Below, piece after piece: positions 53,139 to 64,000 of a stretch of DNA of 64,000 nucleotides; position 1 is the stretch's first letter, and each line of letters opens with the position of its first letter. This DNA is from Eledone cirrhosa (lineage: Eukaryota), in assembly GCA_964016885.1 (NCBI GenBank), contig OZ024742.1:239196001-239260000 (forward strand), given 5' to 3'. A model generated the notes under the pieces. The model saw only the letters and a program-made list of their open reading frames with translations. It did no database searches and had not been told where the DNA came from. Both the position numbers and the translations under genes were made by a program.

Positions 53139-55869
53139 AATAAATTTCAAAGCAAATTACTTGACGCTTTCGACAGTAAGGAAGAGCAATTAGAGTCGTA
53201 TAATATAGAGGAACAGTGGGAATTCCTGAGAGCAAACCTGCTGACGGCGGCAGACGAAGTCTGTGGCTGGAGCAGGCCTGTAGGTAGGAGGAGAGTAACA
53301 TGGTGGTGGAACAGTAAGGTGGAGGAGTCAATTAAGGCCAAAAAGCAGGCTTGGAAAGTATGGCGGGATGGGGGAAGTAGAGAAGACTATCAAGTGGCCA
53401 GGAGGGAAGCTAGGAGACAAGTGTACTTCGCAAGAAGGGAAGCAGAGGAAAGAAAGTTCAAGCATGTTCTACAACGTGAGGACCAAAAACGTGAGGTGTT
53501 CAGGATTGCCAGGCAATGTGTCAAGGAAAACCGTGATATTGTCGGGGAGAAGTGTGTACTTAACGATGATGGCATACTTGCCATCACCGACGCTGATAAG
53601 AAGGTAGCTTGGAAGTGTCACTACGAAAGGCTTCTAAATGAGGAGAACAAATGGGAGAAAGACAGTCTCCCCCAGATCGATCCAATAGAGGGACCAGCAG
53701 TGTTAGTTGAAGGTAGTATAATAAGTAAGGCAATCAAAGATATGAAGACGGGTAAGGCGGCTGGGCCTTCGGAAATAGTTGCTGAGATGCTGAAGGCATC
53801 TGGTTCGGTGGGACACACCATGGTCACCCGGATAGTTAACCAAGTCGTACAGAATGGGGTTGTTCCGAAGGAATGGCGTAGCAGCATCATCGTTAACTGC
53901 TATAAGGGAAAAGGAGATGCCCTAGATAGGAGTAACTATAGAGGCATTAAATTAATCGACCAGGTCATGAAGGTCACGGAAAAAGTAATAGCGCAACTAA
54001 TCAGAGAGAGAATTGATCTAGATGAAACGCAGTTCGGGTTTGTGTCAGGCAAAAGTACCACAGACGCTCTTTTCATTGTACGACAACTACAGGAGAAGTA
54101 CCTAGCTAAAAGTAAACCCCTATACTTAGCTTTTATCGACTTGGAGAAAGCCTTCGACAGAGTCCCCCGTTCCATTATCTGGTGGTCTCTTAGAAAACTA
54201 GGTGTTGACGAATGGCTTGTGAGAGCTATACAAGCCATGTATAAAGAAACAGTCAGTAAGGTTAGAATTAACAACGAATATAGTGAAGAGTTTAGCGTAA
54301 AAGTTGGTGTCCATCAGGGCTCTGTACTTAGCCCCCTACTATTTATTATTGCCCTTCAGGCTATAACAGAGGAGTTCAAGACCGGCTGCCCATGGGAACT
54401 CCTATACGCAGATGATCTAACGCTCATAGCTGAATCAATGACCGAACTAGAGAAGAAATTCCAAACGTGGAAGCACGGCCTAGAATCAAAAGGCCTTAAA
54501 ATTAACCTGGCTAAGACTAAAGTTCTAGTTTGTAGGAAAGAAAATAAGGCGGCGGTCCCATCGGGGAAATGGCCATGCTCAGTGTGTAGGAAAGGCGTAG
54601 GTAGAAACTCCATTTTATGTCCCAAATGCAAAGTATGGGTGCATAAAAGATGTAGTGGGATCACAGGTAAGCTAACTAAGAACATAGATTTTACATGTGG
54701 CCGGTGCTCTGGTGCAATAAGTAGCAGCAAGTGCCCACAAAATACTAGCTCCTTCAACTGCGCAGAGGGTTCTATAGAAATAGTGGACAGCTTCCGTTAT
54801 CTGGGTGACAAAATCAGCAGTGGGGGAGGGTGCTCTGAAAGTACAGTAGCTAGAGTCAGAACTGGATGGAAAAAGTTCAGAGAGCTTATACCACTACTAG
54901 CCGCTAGAGGGTTCTCCCTAAAAATGAAAGGCAGGTTATACGATGCCTGCATACGAACAGCAATGCTGCATGGCAGTGAGACCTGGGCATTGTGTGCAGA
55001 GGATATACGCAGACTAGAGAGGAACGAAGCTTGCATGCTCCGCTGGATGTGCAATAGTAATATACGTGAACGGCAAAGCATAAACGAACTAAGGAAAAAA
55101 TTAGAAATAAGAGGGATCAGATGTTGTTTACTCGAGAGAAGGCTACGTTGGTACGGTCACGTGATGCGCATGAAAGACGACAGCTGTATAACAAAGTGCA
55201 GGGCAATAAAGATAGACGGTAGCCACGGAGTAGGCAGACCCAGAAAAACATGGGACGAGCTGATAAATTCCGACCTCACACGCTTACACCTCTCCAAGAC
55301 AATGTCACTGGACCGAGACCTTTGGCGGTACTCAGTAATAGAGAAGACCCGCCTTACCTAAATACAAAGTAAAAACCTACTACAGTCAGTAGGCACCTCT
55401 ATCAAAACACACCCCCGTCCCACCACCTCCACCCCACCCACACCGCCCCTTTCAATGTAAAGTTATGTTGGTCCCACAACATCCAGGCCGAAACAAATGA
55501 GATCGTGTAGGTGTCACGACAAAAAACATACAGTCCACGCTGTAAATGTGGCCGTGTAGGCAACACGGTAAAAACCTCCCAGCCCCACACTGTAAATGTG
55601 GTTGGTGTTAGGAAGGGCATCCAGCTGTAGAAAACCCGCCAGACAGTCCACGCTGTAATGTGGCCGTGTAGGCAACACGGTAAAAACCTCCCAGCCCCAC
55701 ACTGTAAATGTGGTTGGTGTTAGGAAGGGCATCCAACTGTAGAAAACCCGCCAGACAGTCCTATGCGAGCAAGACAACCACTCTTGCCTCAAGTGGGAAA
55801 ACCCCCGTCCAAACCCATGCAAGCGTGGAACACGGACGCTAAACCTGATGATGATGATGATGATGATGA
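53139..55869 (+). mobile_element. RTE family A, 5'-truncated young copy with an uninterrupted RT ORF
   Basis: The frame is open from the truncation point to 55361; 3' UTR with a duplication; (GAT)n tail. Confidence 0.97.
53319..55361 (+). CDS. RTE reverse transcriptase (partial ORF, endonuclease missing) with a PHD-like finger
   Basis: [50 protein letters not shown]. Confidence 0.9.
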   Translation: MEESIKAKKQAWKVWRDGGSREDYQVARREARRQVYFARREAEERKFKHVLQREDQKREVFRIARQCVKENRDIVGEKCVLNDDGILAITDADKKVAWKCHYERLLNEENKWEKDSLPQIDPIEGPAVLVEGSIISKAIKDMKTGKAAGPSEIVAEMLKASGSVGHTMVTRIVNQVVQNGVVPKEWRSSIIVNCYKGKGDALDRSNYRGIKLIDQVMKVTEKVIAQLIRERIDLDETQFGFVSGKSTTDALFIVRQLQEKYLAKSKPLYLAFIDLEKAFDRVPRSIIWWSLRKLGVDEWLVRAIQAMYKETVSKVRINNEYSEEFSVKVGVHQGSVLSPLLFIIALQAITEEFKTGCPWELLYADDLTLIAESMTELEKKFQTWKHGLESKGLKINLAKTKVLVCRKENKAAVPSGKWPCSVCRKGVGRNSILCPKCKVWVHKRCSGITGKLTKNIDFTCGRCSGAISSSKCPQNTSSFNCAEGSIEIVDSFRYLGDKISSGGGCSESTVARVRTGWKKFRELIPLLAARGFSLKMKGRLYDACIRTAMLHGSETWALCAEDIRRLERNEACMLRWMCNSNIRERQSINELRKKLEIRGIRCCLLERRLRWYGHVMRMKDDSCITKCRAIKIDGSHGVGRPRKTWDELINSDLTRLHLSKTMSLDRDLWRYSVIEKTRLT

Positions 55870-55881
55870 TTTTATATAACT

Positions 55882-56237
55882 GGAGGCACATGGCTTAGTG
55901 GTTAGAACATTGGCCTTGCAATCGAAAGGTTATGAGTTCAATTCTCAGACCGGGTGATGTCTTGTTTCCTTGAGCAAGACACTTTATTTCACATTGCTCC
56001 AGTTTACTCAGCTGTAGAAATGAGATGATAGGACTGGGGTCCCTATCATTCCACTGCAAAGAGGTCGTGGAGGCGCCACGGAAAAAAAGCACCCAGCACT
56101 CACTGTAAATGAGGTTGGTGTTAGGAAGGGCATCCAGCTGTAGAAATCAAGCCAGAATCAGTTCCAGTCCCACCCTTGCATCAGTTCCCGTCCCATCCCA
56201 CGCCCTGAAAGTAAAATGATGATGATGATGATGATGA
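55882..56237 (+). mobile_element. tRNA-headed SINE
   Basis: A and B boxes, core, RTE tail. Confidence 0.88.
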
Positions 56238-56264
56238 TATCTATTATATATACATATATATATG

Positions 56265-56597
56265 TGGAGGCACATGGCTTAGTGGTTAGAGCATTGGCTT
56301 TGCAATCGAAAGGTTGTGAGTTCAATTCTCAGACCGGGTGATGTGTTGTTTCCTTGAGCAAGACACTTTATTTCACGTTGCTTCAGTTTACTCAGCTGTA
56401 GAAATGAGATTATAGGGACTGGGATCCCTATCATTCGTGGAGGTGCCACGGCAAAAAAGCACCCAGCACTCACTGTAAATGAGGTTGGTGTTAGGAAGGG
56501 CATCCAGCTGTAGAAATCAAGCCAGAATCAGTTCCCGTCCCACCCTTGCAAGCAGGGAAAAGTGGACATAAAATGAAATGATGAAATGAATGATGAT
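56265..56597 (+). mobile_element. tRNA-headed SINE
   Basis: Second adjacent copy of the same family. Confidence 0.88.
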
Positions 56598-56687
56598 ATA
56601 ATTTGAAATAACAAAAAACAAACAAACGCAGGAGTAAATGTTACATGGTATTATTAGCTTCATGTTTGGTGAGAGTGGGGGCATGTG

Positions 56688-56723
56688 GTTGCAATGTTTC
56701 GGACATAAGCCCTTCATCGGGAG
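56688..56723 (-). ncRNA. Degenerate hammerhead
   Basis: CCGATGA a gggc-ttat-gtcc GAAA cattg CA; helix I lost. Confidence 0.45.
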
Positions 56724-56813
56724 AGTAGGGGGAGGAACTCTGAGGAGTGAGGGAGGAGTTAGTGGGAAAAACATGAAAGGATGGGAAAAATAGAAATAAT
56801 ATATATATATTAT

Positions 56814-57049
56814 ATCATCATCATCATCATCATCATCAACATTTAACGCCCGTGTTCCACGCTTGCATGGGTTTGGACGGGGGTTTTCCCACTTGAGGCA
56901 AGAGTGATTGTCTTGCTCGCATAGGACTGTCTGGCGGGTTTTGTACAGCTGGATGCCCTTCCTAACACCAACCACATTTACAGTGTGGGGCTGGGAGGTT
57001 TTTACCGTGTTGCCTACACGGCCACATTACAGCGTGGACTGTCTGGCGG
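56814..57049 (-). mobile_element. RTE family A 3' tip
   Basis: Matches 10048-10278, including the start of the UTR duplication. Confidence 0.9.
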
Positions 57050-57142
57050 ATATATGTATGTATATACATATATATATATATTATACCAACAGATTCTTGT
57101 GTTTTTATTGGCAGCATGACCCTCACAAAGTATAACAATATC

Positions 57143-57713
57143 TCAAGTCTTCTTGGGTCTTCTTACGCCATAGTTTCCATCAACTTTGAGTGCTCTGCAC
57201 CTTCATATGCATCACATGTCCATACCAACACAGTCTCCTCTCCTGTATACTGCATCTGATCCCTCTTATGCCTAGTTTCTCTTTCAGTTTATGTTTTGCC
57301 GTTCATGTATATTACACATCCGTCAGAGCATGCAACCTTAATTTCTTTCCAGTCTTCGCAGGTCCTCTGCATACAGTACCCAGGTCACTACCATGCAACA
57401 TTGTTGTTCATATATATGCATCATACAATCTGCCCTTCATTTTGAGAAAAAAACCTTTTGTAGCTAACATCAGTAATAACTCCCTGAACTTTCTCCATCC
57501 CGTTAGTACTCTGGCTACTGTATTTTCACAACACCTTCCTCCACTGCTGATTTTGTCATCTAGGTAACAAAAACTTTTGATTATTTCTACAGAGCCCTCT
57601 GGGCATTTTAAGGAGCTAGTATTCTTTGGGCTCTTAATACATTCTGCACCTGTGCATTGGCTGCATATAGAACCTACGTTCTTTGATAGCCTGCCTATGA
57701 TCCCACTACATTT
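57143..57713 (-). mobile_element. Older RTE fragment
   Basis: CSGIIGRL..CSQC..SFCYLDDKISSGG..MKGRLYDA. Confidence 0.88.
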
Positions 57714-57727
57714 TTTGAAAATTGCAT

Positions 57728-57900
57728 TTAACCCTTTAGCATTTAAACCGGCCATATTCGGCCAGACTTTTCTCACCTCTTCCTGTTCAAACCAGCTGTA
57801 ACTGGCTGCTCATACCCACAAAGGCATTGATCTCAAAATAAATAACATCAAAATCTTGTAGATTCGATATTATGTGAGATAATTATGTTAGATAAAGCCT
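57728..57900 (+). mobile_element. Putative piggyBac-like MITE end
   Basis: TTAA|CCCTTTAGCATTTAAA; the same end appears inverted at 24637-24654. No paired end identified. Confidence 0.45.
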
Positions 57901-58504
57901 TTACTGTGAAAATACAATAGTAAATATAGAGTAATGTAAATGCTACAGGGTGAAAATAGAAAAGCAGACAGTGAAATGTCATGGAATAGCTATAGTAATT
58001 TTGAAAATTATAGTTAAAATAGAAAAATATAAGTAAATTGTATACATGAATGGCAGTGGATATAAACAAAATAAGCAAATTTTGTTATTTCCATAGGCAC
58101 AGAAATTAAGTATGTTTTGATTTTCAATTTCTCATCTTTAAAATTAAGTGTAGTATCTCTGTAGGGGACAGACAGGCAATGGGATAAGGTTTTATTACTT
58201 TGTTATAATAACTGGCTAGTGGCCATTGAAACCTTTCCACATTTTAAACTTGATTATATACAAATAGACTGGGATTTTGAAGATAAAATAAAATAAATAA
58301 TAATAAGAAAGGACCAAAACACATTTAAAGTATAAAGTAAGTTACATATATTGAGAGAGGGAGAAGGGAATAAGTTATGTATTTATATAGTGAGGGAGGG
58401 GAAGAGTGTTACTATTAAATGTTTTCACTCTCTTACTAAGCATGCTTATGGAAGTAAATCTAAAGGACATGCCACCATCATAAATGAAATTTAAGAGTCA
58501 GTCT

Positions 58505-58860
58505 GGTTCATGGTCTTGGCCAACAAGATGGAGAAGACATTGTCCTGGTAGATGGTGGGGGAGATGCACTAGAACAGCCACTCCTCCTTGTGGAGCTTAC
58601 ACTTTCAGGTATCCACCTTCGTTTCGATAGCAGTGAGCAAGGATGTGGTCCTGGGGCCAAGAACACTGGAAATCTCCACTGCCATAGGCTCAACCACAAA
58701 TGTATCAGAAAGCGACAGATACTTTGAGAGTTTGGCCTCTTTGGCCTGGCAGGCAGTGAAGCTTGGACTGGTAGCCCAACACATCAGGTTATTGCTAGAG
58801 AAAGGATTACATCTGAAAGTTTCACTTTCCCTTTTATGGAACCTTCAAATAAGATTATGC

Positions 58861-58925
<65 letters not shown>

Positions 58926-59760
58926 GGACCCTTCATTGGTTCCGACAAGTGTTCCAGTTTGATCAGTGGGACAATACTTGTGAAATTAACATGCAAATGG
59001 CTAAAAATTCCACAGCCACAGGTAACCTTAGTGCAATTCTCAAGGAGATTCAGTGTGAAACAGTGTCTGTCAAGGTTGGCCCTGTGAATTACATGTACAA
59101 CTTATTTTTGCAAGCTGAGTGGACAGAAACAATGTGAAATAAAGTTTCTTGCTCAAGTACATAATGTGCAGCTGGGAAACAAACTTACCAACTTATAAAT
59201 GTGAAACAAATACCCTCACCACTAAGCCAGATACCTTCTCACACACATAGGACTATGCCTTCAGCTCTGTAAGCAGGCAGCATCTTATGGCATTAGCTGA
59301 GACCCAGACAAGACGTGATGGATGTTGAGTACAGTATTGTGGAATTTGGCCTCACTAGCTAACATTTATCACCTCAGACTTGGATGGGTTGATTTTGAGT
59401 CTGAGTAGCTTTAGAGCTGGGATGATTTGCTGAACCAACCAGGGTCGCGTTATTCAGGTACCAGACATTGAAGGGCAACTGGACAGAGTGGGCAATGTCG
59501 TCGACTGCTGGACACTCATAGTGGAAGTAACCATTTTGTCAGTGGCCATGAGTATGCTGGGTGTTTCATACAAGAGCTGAGCAAGAGGGAATCTAGAATG
59601 GGCTCATCTAAGACGTGTCTTTGAGTTGTGATCCCATCTAATGCTGTTGTAAGTGTTTCTCATGTCCAGCTTAACTAGGAAGTGGGGTGATGAAGAAGAC
59701 ATGTGCTCTATAAAATGTCTGGCTACATGAGCAGCTGTCTCACATCCACTGCCATTTTGT
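58505..59760 (-). mobile_element. CRE-type (RLE) non-LTR retrotransposon relic, interrupted by (GT)n and a SINE relic
   Basis: Minus strand: GCETAAHVARHF..LVKLDMRNTYNSI, SVQQ, VWYLNNATLVG, LKINPSKSE (RT); KEAKLSKYLSL..EPMAVEISSVLG..EEWLF..DNVFSIL (RLE end). Confidence 0.7.
58862..58924. repeat. (GT)n microsatellite
   Basis: Perfect run. Confidence 0.97.
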
Positions 59761-59984
59761 CTTCAGAGCACAGCCGAAACACCGTTCTGACCTAGGTGTA
59801 GGGTCTGTCATCCTCTTCTCTTCTTTTCTTTTTTCCTTTGTCTAGTAGTCCTTGATCTTCTGCTCCTTTTCCTTTCAAGGCATTTAGAGTCCTTTCCAAT
59901 GCTGCTCTCCTTTTCTGTATGTTTATTTGTTATGTTATTTATACAACTGTGAACTTCGAAAATTCAGTAAAATATTTGTTTCTA

Positions 59985-60162
59985 CTTTAGGCACAAGGCC
60001 AGCAATTACCCAGTGCATTACTGGTACTTTATTTTATCGACCCCGTAAGGATGAAAGGCAAAGTCAACCTTGGCGGGATTTGAACTCAGATCGTAAAGGG
60101 ACGTAACTATGCTGGAAAGCATGGCGTCCGACCCTCTACCGATTCTGCCAATCCACCGCCCT
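59985..60162 (-). mobile_element. SINE with Nin/Deu-type core
   Basis: Same family as 13980-14170; further relics at 61190-61240 and 62050-62235 (+). Confidence 0.75.
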
Positions 60163-61633
60163 TTCAAATTCAGTAAAATATTGATAAACTGAATGTACTA
60201 TCTGTTAGAACACGAAAAGTGTGAAACAACAGAATGTTCACTTTTCGTGTTCTAACATATATGCCTAGCTTCTTTAAAAATTTTTCGGGGATAGCCGTGG
60301 TGGTGGTGATCGTATGTCATTGGCTAATTTTCAACCAATCAGAGTACCTCTCTCTATATCTCTTCCACTGTTACTTACGCCTGTTTCTCTCTATCTGTTC
60401 CGTCTCTATATATATCTCTTACTCTTTCGCTTTGCACTCCTCCCCTTCAATACCATCTCTCCCCTCTCTATATATTTGTTACTCTATCGCTGCACGCTCC
60501 TCTCCTTCAATATATCAATTACACACGCTTTACACTCCTTTATCCCCAGCGCCCCTATATACACCCCCCCCCCCCTCTCCCGCATCTATATTTTAATGTA
60601 CCGTTGCACCGTGAATATATGTGTCTATATATATATACATATATATTGTATATACACATTCATGTATGTGTATACACACTCATGTATGTATATACACTGG
60701 TTTTATGTGTGTATTGTAAATTTGTACTGTTAAAACACGAAACTAACATTCGATTGACACTTTGATTACCTGTACAGGCAATAGTTATTAGAATGCTGTT
60801 GAAGTGTGTATATATTTTTGGGGGACATCCTGTATATACACACATTATATATAATACAATAAACAGATAAATACACACATATATATATGAGCTTATTTAA
60901 TTATAAATATTGTGAATTTTTAACTCAGTTCAATTATATATATAAATGGCTTCTACAGGACTAGAACTGTTTCATTCGAAAGAAATCATCATAATATTGA
61001 GAGGGGGGACTAGATAAAATATTTCAAATCAAATGTGTATAAGTTAAAATGTATAAATAGAGACGATAGTGGAGGTATATCTGTTTAGTGGAACAGTAGA
61101 CGATAGAATTAAATACAGACGAGAATCTCCCTTTAATGAAACAGCAGACGATAGAATTAAGGCAATTTAAATTTTAAGCATTTGCATTTTTGCCTTTCAT
61201 CGTTACGGGGTCGATAAAATAAAGTACCAGTAATACACTGTCACTAGACGACTTTCAAATTGAATTGTTGGTTCCATTTCTTTAGTATTTTCAATTGTAG
61301 TTATCTACTTAAAAAGCGTTACACGGTCAGAGACATAATTCGTAAGTTATATCTTCCCTATTAAACCATTGCATTATTTCGCCTACAATAGAACAAAAAT
61401 GAAATGTTCTTTAAAGAAACAGGAATATAACTTTATAAAAAAAAAAGTTGCATCCGCTTCTTTTATCATTGATAATTTTTTCGTTTTAATATTAATTGTT
61501 TTTTGTAGTTGTTTATATTAAAAATCTTACTGTAATATTTACTTAAACGAAGGCAAACATCTAAACTTATAGATTAATCTTGAGCGAAGGACTAGATAAA
61601 TCTCTCTCTCTCTCCCTCTCTCTCTCTCTCTCC

Positions 61634-61666
<33 letters not shown>

Positions 61667-62785
61667 AACGAAGAATGATAAAATTTCAAGCAAAGAGTTT
61701 AATTAGGTATATTTTGTAATATTATTAACTAATTATTATAATTAACGCGCATATTTTGCTATCCTCAAACACGTTTACAGATGGCATGAAATATAACTAA
61801 TCCGAGATGGCTAGGTTTCATCTTCTAACTGGATATACGAAATCCATTATGTCTTGACAACAACATGAGGTAACATTATGTTATTCACAGACACACTTTG
61901 TACACTGTTCCATATCAGAATGTATTTCCTTCGTCACATTCACAAACAGTATTGAAAATATGTTCTTCGGCAAATAAAAATGTTTTGTTCATAATATTTC
62001 AACTAGCGATTGCTCTACTCCACGCACGACCACCATAAATTAATGACCAGCTCAACACAAGTATTGGTAGAGCGTCAGACACCATGCTTTGCAGTATTGT
62101 TATGGTCCTTTGCATTCTAAGTTCAAATCCTGCCGAGGTTAACTTCGACTTTCATACTTACTAATTCAATAAAATAAAGTACCAGTAATGGACTGCCGTA
62201 ATGGATTTGTGCCGAAAAATAGAAACACTATTAATGTGCAATAAGAGCAAAATATAACGACATTGCTCAATTATTTTATCTAATGTTGTAATAACACAAG
62301 GAAATGTTGTTTGTGTATTTTTTTTTATATTTGCTCATAGGCTTTTACAATTTCGCTCAGCCAACAACTATTAAAAAGTGAGTTGCTTAAGATAACAATT
62401 TAATCACAAATTGTTGCTATCTTTTAATACACTCCAACAAGTCATCAAATTATGTACAATAAAAACAAATCTTATTAATTTGCTCAGGGAATATAAAGAA
62501 CATGTATATACACTGATAATTGCAATTGTATGTAAATATTTTGTTTTTGTATTGTTTATTTTATGTTTTCTATTATGTATAATATATTGATTTAATATTG
62601 ATTGTTTTTTGTAGTTGTTTATATTAAAAGTCTGAAAATATTTTTATACATCTTACACTAATATTTATAAGATAATTTATAATAACAATTACATAATCTA
62701 ATTACATTACAACGATAATTTATTATTAATATATATCCTGTTTAACTAGAGTTATTACAAGCGTTGCCTTAAAAAAATATTAAAC

Positions 62786-63987
62786 TAGACATGAAAAATG
62801 CGCAAGCTCAAAAGTGCCACAGAATGTTATAATAAACCTTCAAAAGTGTGGGACTAGAGTTGTTGCTAAAAAATATTGTAATCATTATATCGTACATTCT
62901 GTGGCATCCTTTATAAAAATAGCTTAAACCAACGAAGCCTTTATTTTTACGCTATTTCACTTAGTTAATTCTTAGAGTGTAACATATAAAAATAAATACA
63001 TCTATGTTTAATGTAATAACAGCTATAAATAATTACGTAATATTATTATCATATACTCATAGTAACAAAATAATTGTGTTGAAAATTAATATGATGCTTA
63101 TATGAACGATCAAATCTATAATGATAATTTCTTAAATATACTAATAGTAAAATAATTTAGTTATCTATTGTTACATTTTCATAGAACTATAATATTGATT
63201 TCTTTATTAGCCACAAGGGCGCAACAAGAAAGGGGACAATACAAAGACATGCCGGGGATTTTACATACAGTCGTGTAAAAAATATAAAAACAAACAATTT
63301 CAACAATCGAAATCCCCAATAGGGGGGAGGCGCCACAAATGGGTTGTTTAATACCCCGTCGATAGAACAACCCTCAACTCAAGGAGCGTGTTGTGCAAGT
63401 GCTCCTTTCTTCCTTTTGCTCTCTTCCTCAACCTACAGGCTTAATATTAACAATCGTATTGCATTATCAAATTTTTATCACTACAAACTTTCATATTGGA
63501 ATTACCTTAAGCCACTTATTATTACTTCGCTTTCGTACTTTTACAGCTGTAGATATTGCGCTGTATCTTATATCTAATATCAATATCTCATGGTAATTTG
63601 CATGCAGTGTAAAATAGGTTTATTAATAACTTTAATATGAAATGTATTATACAGGGCTGCGGAGTCGGCCAAAAATTGACTGGCTCCAACTCAGGATCCG
63701 ATACTCCATTATTTCCTAAATTTCAGCTCCGCAGGTCTGTTATTATATTAATTAATTTATTTTATAGTTGTAATATATTTTTATATGTTACACTCTAAGA
63801 ATTAACTAAGTGAAATAGCGTAAAAATAAAGGCTTCGTTGGTTTAAGCTATTTTTATAAAGGATGCCACAGAATGTACGATATATAATGATTACAATATT
63901 TTTTAGCAACAACTCTAGTCCCACACTTTTGAAGGTTTATTATAACATTCTGTGGCACTTTTGAGCTTGCGCATTTTTCATGTCTAT
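62786..63987. mobile_element. Non-autonomous TIR DNA element, about 1.2 kb, with about 205-bp TIRs
   Basis: 62786-62994 is the reverse complement of 63777-63987; ends TAGACATG...CATGTCTA. Confidence 0.85.
63652..63739. mobile_element. Nested 88-bp hAT-like MITE
   Basis: CAGGGCTGCGGAG...CTCCGCAGGTCTG; 8-bp flanks gtattata/ttattata. Confidence 0.65.
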
Positions 63988-64000
63988 GATAACATGTGTC

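Noticed and set aside
58588-58962. 124-aa plus-strand ORF as a host exon
   Set aside because: Antisense to the CRE relic and runs into (GT)n.
60955-60995. ATGATGA..GAAAC hammerhead-like motif on minus (similar weak case at 41445-41495)
   Set aside because: Core is mutated and there is no convincing helix I.

Overview
Eukaryotic, AT-rich, almost entirely repeat-derived window with no recognisable host gene. The SINE and LINE mix resembles a cephalopod (octopus-like) genome; this is an inference. Contents: a frameshifted Helitron/Helentron Rep gene plus non-autonomous Helitron ends, about 14 RTE-clade LINE copies (two families, both with a PHD-like finger inside the RT), a CR1-group LINE, a CRE-type LINE relic, three Penelope-like (GIY-YIG) loci, tRNA-SINEs, TIR elements and long (TA)n tracts into which most elements are inserted. 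The most striking signal is a dense set of minimal type-I hammerhead ribozyme motifs: 11 with intact cores and about 8 degenerate. They sit in short non-coding units of several families. These units form fold-back or tandem-inverted structures, often have a polyA signal right after the ribozyme, and share upstream octamer or NRF1-like motifs. One copy is circularly permuted and starts at the predicted cleavage site. This points to a retrozyme-like, non-autonomous Penelope system. All calls were made by eye; no folding or database search was run.
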